In this document: piece after piece, positions 37,480 through 50,718 of the stretch
Position numbering within the stretch: the stretch's first letter is position 1
Layout: each line of letters opens with the position of its first letter
Source of the DNA: Geosiphon pyriformis uo1
Taxonomy: Eukaryota > Fungi > Glomeromycota
Reading direction: 5' to 3'
Length of the DNA: 64,000 nt
Assembly: GCA_016748015.1 (NCBI GenBank)
Contig: JAAOMT010000470.1
Coordinates: forward strand, 62,001-126,000
Made by a program: the position numbers and the translations under genes
The notes under the pieces: model-generated
Told to the model about the DNA's origin: nothing
The model's input: only the letters and a program-made list of their open reading frames with translations
Database searches by the model: none

Positions 37480-38175
37480 NNNNNNNNNNNNNNNNNNNNN
37501 NNNNNNNNNNNNNNNNNNNNNNNNNNNNNNNNNNNNNNNNNNNNNNNNNNNNNNNNNNNNNNNNNNNNNNNNNNNNNNNNNNNNNNNNNNNNNNNNNNNN
37601 NNNNNNNNNNNNNNNNNNNNNNNNNNNNNNNNNNNNNNNNNNNNNNNNNNNNNNNNNNNNNNNNNNNNNNNNNNNNNNNNNNNNNNNNNNNNNNNNNNNN
37701 NNNNNNNNNNNNNNNNNNNNNNNNNNNNNNNNNNNNNNNNNNNNNNNNNNNNNNNNNNNNNNNNNNNNNNNNNNNNNNNNNNNNNNNNNNNNNNNNNNNN
37801 NNNNNNNNNNNNNNNNNNNNNNNNNNNNNNNNNNNNNNNNNNNNNNNNNNNNNNNNNNNNNNNNNNNNNNNNNNNNNNNNNNNNNNNNNNNNNNNNNNNN
37901 NNNNNNNNNNNNNNNNNNNNNNNNNNNNNNNNNNNNNNNNNNNNNNNNNNNNNNNNNNNNNNNNNNNNNNNNNNNNNNNNNNNNNNNNNNNNNNNNNNNN
38001 NNNNNNNNNNNNNNNNNNNNNNNNNNNNNNNNNNNNNNNNNNNNNNNNNNNNNNNNNNNNNNNNNNNNNNNNNNNNNNNNNNNNNNNNNNNNNNNNNNNN
38101 NNNNNNNNNNNNNNNNNNNNNNNNNNNNNNNNNNNNNNNNNNNNNNNNNNNNNNNNNNNNNNNNNNNNNNNNNNN
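37480..38175. other. Assembly gap (696 N)
   Basis: Run of N. Confidence 1.
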
Positions 38176-39055
38176 GATCTTCATATAAAGTTCCAGGTAA
38201 AATTCTCGCAAATGGTTTTACTTTGTGATAAAAGTCAACTGAAGATATGTTAAAGAAGCGGATTAAAGGTAGAAGTCTTTCAATGGATTCCTTAATGGTG
38301 TTAAATTTTTCATCTGTCCAGTTAAAAACGTTTTTCATCTGAATATTGTTATCCAATTTAGCAGCTCCCCATTCCACAATCTTTTCCCATATTTCAGATT
38401 CTTCTATATTTAGATCATCCCGCTTTAAAATTGAGGAAAGTGCATTTTCACTAAGGGAGGTAAAATCTTGCGAGTTGAAGACTATAGCTGGATTGTTAGC
38501 AGCTATTTCGGTGCAGAATTTTTGTAACTTTTTGAAAGAATCATGCATGAATGAAGTTTTCTGCAAAGTGGCGAAATTTTTTTCTAGCTCTTTTGCATGG
38601 TGTTTAATTAAATAGTCTTCAAGGGGATCAATGAGATTCTCTAGAATAAGCTCGTCAGCGGTAACAAGCAATTCTAAAATGGTAGATACTCCATGTTTAT
38701 CAAGAGAGATTTCGCCGTTATAAATATATCTGTGCAGGAAAATAAAACATATGAATTTATGTTTGTCAAAATACTTTAAAGCAAATAAACACCCTTACCT
38801 GAGAATTATTTTAAAAATTTTAGGTGAAATGTTAGGTTTATCAAAGATAATGGTATTGTTTTCCCTTTTAACCCAATTACTAGAGAGTGCTACAGTAAAA
38901 TACGGTGATCTTGCTGCTAAAATTTGCGAATGAGCAAGGAAAGTTCTGCTATTAGGCGCTTCTCCAACAACAATCTTAACATCAGAGAAATTCTGGCTAT
39001 CTAGTAAATTCCCGAAATCTTTGGATAAAGCGTGAAAGTGTTGTTGGGGTGACAT
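38176..39055 (-). CDS. BTB/POZ-BACK domain protein, 3' part runs into the gap (exons 39055-38799 and 38729-38176)
   Basis: SDVKIVVGEAPNSRTFLAHSQILAARSPYF, GT-AG intron 38798-38730, YIYNG...ADEL, BACK-like 'LKRDDLNIEESEIWEKIVEWG', 'LPLIRF'. Frames are intact and CpGs retained. Confidence 0.9.
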
Positions 39056-40249
39056 TAGTAAAATATATAAAAAGCTTTGAAATATTAATATTTCGATCTG
39101 TAGTGTTTAAGCAAAGGCATTTTCACAAAATCAAATCAGCGCTGAATTTTATACTACATGTAAAATATGATCGACGGGTGATCTCATATAAGTTCTGCCA
39201 TATTAACTTTCAAATTTTTTTTCATTTTTAAACAAAAATTTAATAATATTAAAATATAATATAATAATCGAAATTTCAAAACAAATAAAACAAGATTAAA
39301 CAAAAAATTGTAATAAAAATTTTATTTAAATCGGGTGTTCACATTTTGTAGATATTATTATATTTTTGTTATTTTTATAACAACAATGGCCAATTAGTTT
39401 TTTCTATAATTTGGCAACTTACGAACAATTTAACAATATATATTGAGAGTTTGAGAACTTGCCACTAGTTTGGCTAAAATTTGTGTCATTGCTATTTTTA
39501 TTGCCAAATTATAGAATTGAATAAGTTTCTAAATACAATTTAACAAAATTGACTTTTGATTTAATAAATAATTATGCATGTATAGCTTTCACAATTTGTT
39601 TTAATAAAATTTAATAAAAATTTTATAAAATAAAAATGTTATGCCATTTAAATTCACATCATGCTTTAAAACTTTTATTAAATTAAAAAATAAGTATCTA
39701 TATATTATCAAAAAAAAGAAATTACTAATTATTCGAATAAAAATACATTTTAATTGAAGAAAAAATTACATACATAAAAGATAAAAATAACACCTCAATT
39801 AATTTGAACCAAAGTAATGCTTAATTTTTACACGATAAAAATTCTATTTAACGATTAATTTAATTTCTTAACTTTAAAGGAGTTTGATTTGATTTTGTGT
39901 TCTAAATACATTGCCAAACCCCAGAAAACGATTGAATTAAATTCATATAAGTAAATTTTAGTTTGAATAATAATATTTTTTTATTAAGTCCTACTCTCAA
40001 ATATATTATAAATACATGATGTATTTTATTTCATTAAAATTGAACCAAGAATTGATAAGATTTTAAAATTGCTAATTTTATCAGTGATTACGGAAAGATC
40101 AACAGATATTCTGACCAATAAAATCAGAGTAATACATAACACGTGATTACAATCACTCAAACCCGAATAATCATCATCTCCAAAGAACATCTGATAGAAA
40201 ATTCAGTTTGAAAAAACCTCACATTGTTCTAGATAGAAAAATATTGAAA

Positions 40250-42090
40250 GATAATGAAGAGAAAGATTGGAGGGGTAATAAAAAAAGATAATGAAAAAAA
40301 TAGGAAAAGAGGATTATTGGATAAAGAAGAAATATTCGAAAAGTGATGAGAAAAGAGATTAAGGTGATGATAATGCTAGCAGTGGGATAATAAAATTAAT
40401 TTAGAAGAAGAGACTAAAATTCAAGCTAAATTAATAGCAATCATATTCAATTTGGTATGGAATAAAAATTCAATATTTGAAAAAGAAAAAACATGGGCCT
40501 TATTTAACAAACACGACCAAAAATTAACATATTATGAAAAATATAGGCCAAACAGATCTTGGACAAAAGCAGTCAGTAATACTGCCAATATTAACTACAA
40601 GCAATATTGAATCTTTTTTTTACATGAAATTGATAGTAAATCAAATTCGGAAACTTGCCAAAAAGCCAACTAAATTAAACAAAAAATAAAGCGATTATGC
40701 AATGAATTAGAATAAACACAAAAAAGTATATTAGTAAATAAATACAACAAAAGCAAGCAATTTTTAAATATTTTCAAAAATTAAATAAATATTAATTTAA
40801 AAGTTTTAACAATAATGTTTATTAATGATAAAGTTTGTTATGCATAACAAATTAAATATTTGGAAAAAATTAAATAGCTAATAATATATTGCCAATATAA
40901 TATTAAAGAAAAAACAAGAAAATAATTAGATTATTTAATAATAAAAATATGGCTGCACAGTGCAAAAAATGGTTAAGAACACAAAATTTTACTATTACTT
41001 CAACAAAATTTATTAATAATATAATAATTGCAAAAAAAATCTATTACAATTAGAACTCTATTATACTGGCTTAATAAATTAAGTTATAAATTCAACAATA
41101 TTACCAAAAATTTTTTTATAAGATTATAAAAGACTAAATTTTATTAAATATTAGTAAGAGCTTTACATCAAATATAATTAAAATTTTCTCTATTTTTTAA
41201 GATAAACAGAAAAAACATATATTAATAATATATGATGAATGCATATTTTATTTTAATAATAACAAAAAGAAATTAAATAAAAAATTGGTAATAATGCGAA
41301 AAAAATAGAAAATTAATTATGTTTAATAAATTTCTTACAAAATTAAATAGAAAATACAACTTAAACTTGCTAATATTTAAAATAATTTAACAATTTCAAA
41401 AAAAAGTATTGATATTTAAGCCAGAACAATATAATAAAGAATATTAAACTGTTAAAAAATTAATTAAACATTAAAACAAAAAGCAATTCCAATTTTTGAA
41501 ATGTTTTATCCAAATTATATGGGCATTTTTGTTTTAATAACAGTTCAAATTATGCGCCATACCAAAAAATGCTTCAATAGCACAACAAATAAGTCTTAAA
41601 CTTAGTAAAAAACCACCAAAAATACAGGATACATATTTTAAACCAAATAACTAATACTAATTAATAGTATTTTTATCAAATTATTCTAATAGAAAATTAA
41701 GAAAACAATCTAAAAGAATGCATTAAGTTTTATTTAAAAGAGAAAAATTACCAGTTAAAAAATTTTGACTGAATACAAAAAATGCAAATGTTTTAAAACA
41801 AGATTTTTTAGCACAAAAAGTACAATTGCAAAAGTAATTGAAAAAACAAGATACAAGTATATTTTTTATTCTAGATTTTATCGAAAAATACTAGAGAGCA
41901 GCCAAATATTGTGCCAGAGAAAATTGTGATTATTTATGGAGAAAATTGCAACAAATTGTATCTTAAAGTCTTAAATCTGTGCTTTTAATTACCATTAAAA
42001 AATTTGCTAAAAAAACTTGGTGTTATATAAATCTTTATAAAAAAAATTTGTGGTAAACTTGTGCAATATGCAGTTAAAATATTATATGTT
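40250..42090 (+). mobile_element. Decayed large DDE transposase (IS630/Tc1/mariner-superfamily-like)
   Basis: 'HILIIYDECIFYFN' ~41215, 'KAIPIFEMFYPNYMGIF.FNNSSN' ~41480, 'KPPKIQDTYF', 'FIEKY*RAAKYCARENCDYLW' ~41880, 'IKKFAKKTWCYI'. TIRs not found. Confidence 0.65.
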
Positions 42091-43729
42091 CGAAATAATA
42101 CTAGCCAAATTGTTTGGAATATTAACTAATTTGCAATTAAACTTATTTTTTTATTGTATTTAATAAAATATATTCAAAACATAAAAAATAACAATTTGAT
42201 ACATTTGAAAACTAAAAGTCTCTGAAAAACAGTTTTCAACTTATTATATAAAAAAATCTACTAAATATAATTGATTAATTAAAGATTTATATTAATACAA
42301 ATATATGTATTAATTTTAATATACTTGTAATTATTTATTTTATACTTTTTTAAAATATATTATATATATTTAAAAATAACAATTTATATAACTTTTTTTT
42401 ATGTTATTGTTATCAGTTAAAGTAATAAACTAACAGATAGCAAAAAAAACAAGTATTATATAGTGAGAAATTAATTAACTAAATTTTTTTCTAGTTATAA
42501 TTTCATTATTTTAAATTATTTTTCATAATTAAATATTTTTATATTTAATTAGCTATCTAATTAATTATATTTTTTTACTTATATTATAAATTAGAGTATT
42601 CAATATTATTTAATATAAATTTTTTAATTTGATCAAAATTAATAATAAAATAACAAAATATACCATTTAAAAAATATAATATAAAAGATATCTAATGATA
42701 ACAATAGAAAGTTTTTTAAAAGTACAAAAGTAATAAAAAAACAAAATTTAATTTTTAAAACATAAAAACCATTTTTAAAATATATAATTTATATTAATAT
42801 TTTTTTAAAAGTCTTATAAAACAATTAAGTTTGTGGATAAAAAAGTTTTTTTTTTTTTACCAAATGTGTTGCTTTTTAAATTTTGACATTATCTGTTTAT
42901 TTTAAATATTAAAAGATAAATTATAATAATTACAATATGTGAAAAACGATAAATTATTTATGTTCAATAAGAAAATTAAAATTTTTATTTATATGGAAGC
43001 TAATTCTCTTGTTTCTTGTTATTTAACTAGTGACTATGTTGTTTGAATGTGGAACCAAATCAAGTCGAGTAGCTAAATTAAAATTTTAATATTATTGACC
43101 TCATTACCAAGCCCGTTAAGGGAATAAATTTATAGAGAAATGTTTTATGTTAAAAAACGACTTGATCGAAAATAATTTTGTATACAATTAAGTATGAAAA
43201 TGCTCATTTATTTTAAAAGTATCTGAAATATAAATTGTGGAATTTTCTCAATGAAAAAATTACAAGCACTATCCTAAAAGATTAAATCTTCACATTTTTT
43301 TTGTTATTTTCCATAAGTATGATGTCAACTTTAATGTCGACTAGAATTAATGTGAAAAATGACTGCAAAATTATTACGCTAAATTATTAATATTTAAATA
43401 TCATTATTTAAAATAATAATAATTGCTGTAATATAACTATGAAAAGATATATAAAATATTTTGAGATCATTCTTTGTAATCATAGCAATTGTAATTAACT
43501 TGAATTTATTTTCTTCCAAGAATTAGCTAACTAATAATAATAATAATAGATAGCATTTGATTTCATAAAAATTATATGCCAAAGATCAAAATACATTCAC
43601 TCATTTTGCTAAATTTCTTTCAACTGGAATGATTAAAGCTAATTAATCTTCAAGTATCTCAAAAATTCACTCTTTCTTGATTAAAGCGCAAATAGTAGCT
43701 TAAATTATTTTAAGCAAATGAGTGAATGA

Positions 43730-44700
43730 ATGAATCAACATATAATTAATCTTTAAAAATTAAAGTTCTCAGAAAGCCAAAAGTGAAAAAGATGTATCTG
43801 TTTTAAATTGCCAGATATTGCTACAGATTTCCCAATGGCTTCTTTATACTCTGAATCATTTACAAATTATTGTCGAGGACAAAAAAATTTTTTATTCGGT
43901 TGATTTGAATATGCTTTCTATTACTGTTCTACTATAACGGCTTTTTTTATCCAAATCCACAAGACTATTGTTTTTGGATGATGAGATTGTATTGGAATAA
44001 GTAATGTTTATTTCGTGCAGCCCCAATAGTATTATCATGTTATGATAAGCAGAATTAAAATTTCGATAAAAAAGCATTTTCATATCCAGTGTCTGTTCAA
44101 ATAAAAAATTAATAATTAACATAAAAATCTACCAAAAACAACATTCTATTAAATTTTACTTTGTTTTGAGAGATGTAGTATATTTTTGAAATATATTGTA
44201 ACATAGTTCTCCTCTAATGCAACAGCAAAGAAAGTATTATTTGATAAGATAATCTATAAAAAATTTGGTCACATTACTTTATATTTGTTATTTCCTTATT
44301 ATCTGATCTCTTAGTTAAAGTCAATTTTCTACTATAAGGCGGTGAAAGTGTAAAATTTGACTGATAAAATTCTGTTTTTAATATTGCTCCACTTTGGAGA
44401 AAATCATATTCCAAATTCTCTTTTCGTTTGCAATAAAGAATAATATTTAACCCAAGTCATTCGCTTGTTATAATTTTCAAATTATTTGCATCATATTGAT
44501 CGAGTAGAAAATGAGAGCCAAAATGAGCTGTTTCTGGCTCCCAAAATGGGACATTTACTCAATATATTGTCATGTTTGTACAAAAAAATTATTAACAATT
44601 TATCCACATTCAAAGCCTTCTTCAATTGTGGGAAATCCGAATTGCAATTTTGATTTATTGAACTCTTACTAATTGAGATAAAAAAACCCATAACAAAATA
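43730..44700 (-). pseudogene. Internally deleted paralog of the Ig-like membrane-protein gene (N-terminal half)
   Basis: 43797-43880 matches 58888-58975 (TCTGTTTTAAAT.GCCAGATATT); intron motif AATGAGTGAATGAA is shared; upstream 44850-44930 resembles 60830-60895. Confidence 0.7.
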
Positions 44701-45339
44701 AATAATAGTGTAATGATTAAAAAAACGGTTGAAAAAAAAGGTACTTTTCTTTGAATCTTTTATTATGGGAAATCTTAAAGTCTAAAATATATTTAAGACT
44801 ACATCCATATAATCCTGGCTATTTTTTAAATGAAAAAGATCGCTATCAAATTTCAAAATATTGATTACCCTTGAATATTACCTTTTGAAGTTATCTAGGG
44901 CCCGGGTTAGAATTTATGAAAATTGGCCAAATTAATTAGATTGAATCAATCAACTAACTAAAAATGGAAATATAACTGTTTGATATTAACATTAAAGGAT
45001 TAAATCCAGTCCACCCTCAATTTAGATATAATTTTAACCATTCAAACATTTTCTAAGGTGAAAATATTAAAAATAATAATTATTCATTTTAGTTATTTAA
45101 AACAATTGTTTTTATTTATATTTAAAAAAATTGAATATCAATATTTATTACAAAATAAAAATAAAAAAAATTTATGCTCATTTCTAATAAATTATATAGA
45201 GTGGGTGACAAAAAACTTAAAGTCCATGTGATAAGCTTCATTTCTATTATTTCCAAAGTGGCATCTTTCTTTACAATTCACATTAAAAATGAATTTGTAG
45301 GTTAAATAATGTAGCAAGCAAAAGCTGATCTTTTCCTAA

Positions 45340-46045
45340 AGTGATGGTGAACGTTTTATTCCCAAAATCACTATGATATAATGGTCGTCATAAGAAAATT
45401 ACGGGGCATGTATCGAGAAAAGTAGATCTTTGTTTCTGCAAAAAATCGCTACTAAACTAGATACAGATGGAGTAGAAATTTCATATCGCACAATTGGCAA
45501 ACATTTAAAATCACTTGGATATAAATGAATTACTACGCCAAAGTTCAAAAGCAATATGGGCCAAATTCATTTTAAAAACCCCTTATTTTCGGATAAAACA
45601 GCATTTCCCGAAACACTATTGACCCTTAGTACAAGAGAAAACGGTCAATTCGTCCAAAGACCAAAAGATTGTACAAAAATATTTGCATGGGGGAGCTTTT
45701 GTATAAATAGAAAATCTAGCCTATATTGTTTTCAGCGTATCATGGATGCGAAGTTTTATATTGAAATTTTGTCTAACCATACAAATTAAGTAGCTAAGGC
45801 GTTTCTTGCAGAAAATGTACCCAAAGTTATTGAATGGCCGTTGTGTATTCCGATCTAAATTCTATTGAAAATCTTTGGAAAATGGTTAAACATGAAGTAG
45901 AAAAAACAAATGATGCAAAATATGAATGATTTAGAGCGATATATGGTTAAAGAATGGAGTTCTTTGCCAATCAATTAAGTAAATTCAATGTCACGGCGTT
46001 ACGAGTTGATTATCGAGAGTAAAGGCGAATAATTGCGCATTAAAT
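45340..46045 (+). mobile_element. Tc1-like transposase relic
   Basis: HTH 'KIATKL...VEISYRTIGKHLKSLGY', 'FSDKTAF', 'KIFAWGSF', 'MDAKFYIEIL', 'VIEWP...DLNSIENLWKMVK', 'NSMSRRYELIIESKG'. The second catalytic Asp region appears deleted. Confidence 0.85.
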
Positions 46046-47205
46046 TTTATATTCATAAAATAAGTGGCTTTTAGCCTTTCTAACAACATACGAATCCGTG
46101 TTTGATCTTGGTAGAACTGTGATCCTTTAATTTTTTGGATTTTTTTCGGTCCTTATATCTTTAATTTTTCCTTTTTATCTGATAAAACTAGATAAAAAAT
46201 GTTATTTTCAACGAGAAATATTTATTTATTCTATTTCAGTAACCGGGAAAACTAATTAAAATTAATTATATTTTCACTCGATTAAAGGTAATATCATTGC
46301 AAATTCTTCGCTCATTATTATTTTGTTGCCATTTTCAATACAAAATAAAGCTGCTTTTATATTTAAATTTAAATCATTTCTCATACTATTTAACAACTCC
46401 GAAAAAGATAATTGCTTGAACAAATTTATGAAATGACAGGGTTCTAAGATAGAAAAAATTATAGAAATATAGAAGAGCTCAAGATGTTTATATAACTAGC
46501 TCTAATTATCTTTTCATGGAATAGGAATATTATTTTAAATAAAAAATTAGCTTAATATAATTATGATGTTTTAAAATTTTATAAAGTAATATAAAATTAG
46601 TTAGAGAAAAGAAATATATATACAAGAAGCTTCTTTGGATTAATGAAATAGATGATAATAAAATACAAATAGAGGAGATTTTAATTTATATTCTATTTCA
46701 ATAAAAATATTAAGCTGACACATAGTTCTATAAAGTTTAAATTAAAGAGATTTCACTGGGTCTTTCTTTACAGTTTTCATCTATTGAATTACCTATCTTA
46801 CAATATAAACAATTAATTTTACAAAAATCAAATAATATAATTTAAAAACAGAAATTCTGACATATTAAATTCTGCTAAAAATATCTTTAAAACTAACCAA
46901 GCCAAAAGCTCACCTTTGCCGTCTTTTTTCAGTGTAAAAGAGAGAAAAATTGACGTTTAAAGATAATTCCGGACGATCTGTACCCGTTTAAGCAATCTAA
47001 AGAGGTATGTGGTTTCGGGGCGTTTCAGATTTCTTAAAGGTTTAACCGAGTTTAAATTAATATTGTTACAATAGTAAATAAATACAAATTTAAAAATAGA
47101 ATTAGCGTTTTTTTAAATTTTTTATAAAAGGTACTTAATTGCAAACTTTTAACTTAAAAGTTCAATTACATTCAACTAATATAATATTCAAAGAAATTTT
47201 TTATA

Positions 47206-49179
47206 ATGTTTAAAAAGTTGTCCACGATTTTTATAAAGATATGGATGATTTCGTCGATTGTAAGTTTGACAGCCGAGAGTGTTGATGTATCATATCAACG
47301 ATGGTTTGTCTTATTTTTTTTAAATCAATTTTTCCCAAGATTAATCAATTTAATATGACTTGACTTTATTTTAAACCTCTAAAGTTGCCATTCTGCTACG
47401 TTAATTGATAAAACGTAAGTTTAACTTAGTTTATTTCACAAAAATGTGGAACTCTTATTTGATTCTATTCCCTAAGTTTTTTTTCTCTTTCACTCTCTAG
47501 TCTTTATTTATACGGTGGAAAAACTGATTTCGGAAAGAAATTAGTAGACAATACAACAGATAGTAACGACCTCTGGACCTTAGATATAACACAATCATTC
47601 GATGTTTTCTCACCACCGTGGAAAAAAGTCGAGTCTTCAAATCTTGCACCAAAAGTAGCTCGACATTCAGCAACATATGGTGGAAAAAATAATGAAATTT
47701 TAGTTATATTTGGAGGTGAAACAGGGACTAGCCCAATGCCTGAAAATTCTTTATTTTATTTCAATACCACTTCATCAGAATGGTCAAATCCAGATACGAC
47801 TATAATTGATAAATCAGACTCACCATCTGTGCGTCGTCTTGCACATGTATCTACAACAAGCATAAATAACTCAATGATATATTTTTTTGGTGGTCAACGT
47901 TATAATAATTATCAGTATGCAGAATTGTATCAAGAAATTGCTCAACTCGATACAATTAAAAATACCTGGTCTTTTGCTTATACTTCTAAATCGTCTAATT
48001 TGCTCTATGGAAGAATAGGACATTCTGCAACCCTATTAAGAGATGGAAAAATTTATGTTATTGGAGGTTATAACAACGGTGACTATAAATTAATCCCTAT
48101 GGAGAATGTTGATATTTTTGATACTAAGAATTTATTGTGGTCGAGTCAGGTACTGGATATGAAGAAATTTCATGAATATACATAAAGTTTTCATTTTCTC
48201 AAATTTGTTTTTAACAATTTTAGAAGGTTGATGGAGATATCCCACTACCTCGTAGATTTCATGCAGCTGTTGCAAGTAAGCAGTTTAAAAACCTGATTCC
48301 CTTATTTTTTGACATTTCAGTCATTTAATTATAGAAAACTTTGAAAATCTTTTTTATAGATTCGAATAGCACGTCTATAATAATATTTGGTGGTGCAGAT
48401 GTTTATTTATTAAACTGCTACAATGATCTTTATACTCTAGACACATTAACTTCACCAATGAAATGGTCTTTTCAATCAATGAAAGGAAAAATACCTGGTG
48501 GAAGATCTGATTTCAGTATGACATTGGTGGGTACTAATATCATTCTTTTGCATGGTAAGTAAAAATAAATTAATACTTTGTTTTTTGGAAATTTATTTTT
48601 TCCAATTCTAATTATGCTTCTTTTTCATGAATATCTTTTTAAAAAAAAAAGGATATGTGGTAAGCATCTAAATTTTCCACTGTTTTCCAAATAATTAGAT
48701 ATTTAATATGATTTTTTTTACCTAAATTTAAACTTAAGCCTAATCCTACCACAGCACAATATTTTTTCGTCTTGGATACGACAACTTGGGTCTGGGAAAC
48801 TTCATATACACCAAAAAACCTAGAATTGACATGGCCACCATTTAAATCTTTGCTCACGCCAAACTCTACGTCAAATTCTACATCAAACTCTACGTCTCAA
48901 AACGCAAATTCATCAAAAAATATTCCTCCTTCATCATCAACAGCAAAAAATAAAGTTATAATAATAGCGTTGTCAATCGCAGCAGTAGTGATAATAATTT
49001 TTACATTAATTGGGATATTTTATTTCTTTATAATTCGAAAACCCCATCGTTCCACCCTACCTACAAACCTCGATCATTCCTATGTTGATCACAATTCGGC
49101 ACATCAACCACTTTCGGATCGCACACAGACGGGCAGGGACCGAGTATCTGCACATGAAATTCGAAATAATAATAAATAG
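47206..49179 (+). CDS. Kelch/galactose-oxidase-type beta-propeller type-I membrane protein (multi-exon)
   Basis: ATG at 47206 with a hydrophobic leader; GT-AG introns 47304-47384 and 47415-47500, and others after 48149. Kelch motifs HSATL..LYLYGG, IFGG, FFGG, GHSATLL..IYVIGG. S/T/N-rich stalk, TM helix VIIIALSIAAVVIIIFTLIGIFYFFII, short tail. Exon structure around 48555-48755 is uncertain. Confidence 0.88.
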
Positions 49180-50685
49180 CACTTTTGAGGAATAGATTCT
49201 GTATTCAGAAGATAGAATTTCATCACTAATATAGAAATACATTCACACGATGATGAATAATATTCTTGTTCAATATTAGTCTCCACATAATTTACTTATC
49301 CTAATAAGTAGCTTAAAATTACAGGTAGCCATGCAGTTAGTACCAATATGGCATTAAAAATTTTAGAGAATGTTAAAAGTTTTTTGCCTTAATAAAATTA
49401 ACTAGTATTTTTGAAGTAAAAAAGAACAAGTTTATATAAAAGATTATTTTAATTAATAACCTCACTAAACTGCTTAATAATTATACATGATAAAATTTTA
49501 ATGATCTGTAATTTTCATTTTAACACACTATTAGCCCCTGATAAATGTAATATCAATATTTCAAAATTCTATAATCGTAAAAGATAAAAAGCTCATTGAT
49601 ACATAAAAATCATTAGTATTTTATTTATACACATCAGTTTTTTACGAAAAATTTAATCACCTACATCATTTATATATCTGTAAGGATAGATATGGATTCA
49701 AGATAAATTTTATTTAGAATATAAAGTTTATCATATAATACTGAAATCTCGAGATTTGATTGAATATTATAGAAAATCACATTCTAATATTCAACACTTT
49801 TTTGGTCATTCTTTTGAACACTTAATGAATAAAAATAATTGATGTAACTAAAAAATGATAATATGACTGAAAAATTAAAGCAAGTAAAAAATATTTTGAT
49901 AATTTTCTTAAAAACATGATTAACAATTGCAGATAGTGATATTTTTTTAAAAAGTGTCAATTTTTAGAAAAAAAGGCTTTTAGTTGGTTTGTGTATTTTT
50001 TATAGAATTGACTATTAAATTTGCACAATTGATAAAATTTTTACCAGACTTAAAATATTTAATAATGTTATAGCTTATTTAATCCATCAAATAATAAAGT
50101 TTAACTTGAAAAGGTTAAAAATAAAATATTTGACCAATTTTGATTATTGGAATAATAACAAGTGCTAATGGTAAATTTTGACGTAGAAAAATAATAATTT
50201 AATCATATATTACAATTTTATTACATAATTACAGCTGCAAAATTTGTTGATTTAAAATATTTTTATTATTAAATTTAAAATAATAATTTGTTTGAAAAGA
50301 ACAAATTAAATTGTAAATAAATTCTGCCATGTATAATAATAATTAATTATGCATCTAAATATTATCTGAAATTTAGAAACTATAATAAAAAAAATTTTTT
50401 TAAGTAATAAATTTGAATTGATTATAATTATTTTTAAAGTTGGTTGGTTTATTAAGTTTAATTAATTATTTAAAAATATTAAAAACTAAATTTTTAACTA
50501 GCAATTATATTTTATTTTTTTTAATAGTTTTATATCTATAAAGTAATAAAAAAAACTTGCAATTTCAACTAATTTCAATTAATTATTGTTATTTTTGTTA
50601 ACTTAATATTCAACATATTTTAAAAGAACATCTGATTTTTTGTTTTATAATAAGTTTTACAATTTATTATAAACTTAAGGCTTTA

Positions 50686-50717
<32 letters not shown>
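50686..50717. repeat. (AAT)n microsatellite, ~10 units
   Basis: Read directly from the sequence. Confidence 0.9.

Positions 50718-50718
<1 letters not shown>

Noticed and set aside
37378-38671. 277-aa and 402-aa ORFs
   Set aside because: Their lengths are produced by translating the N gap.
45195-45230. Left TIR of the Tc1-like relic
   Set aside because: No matching inverted copy was found downstream.
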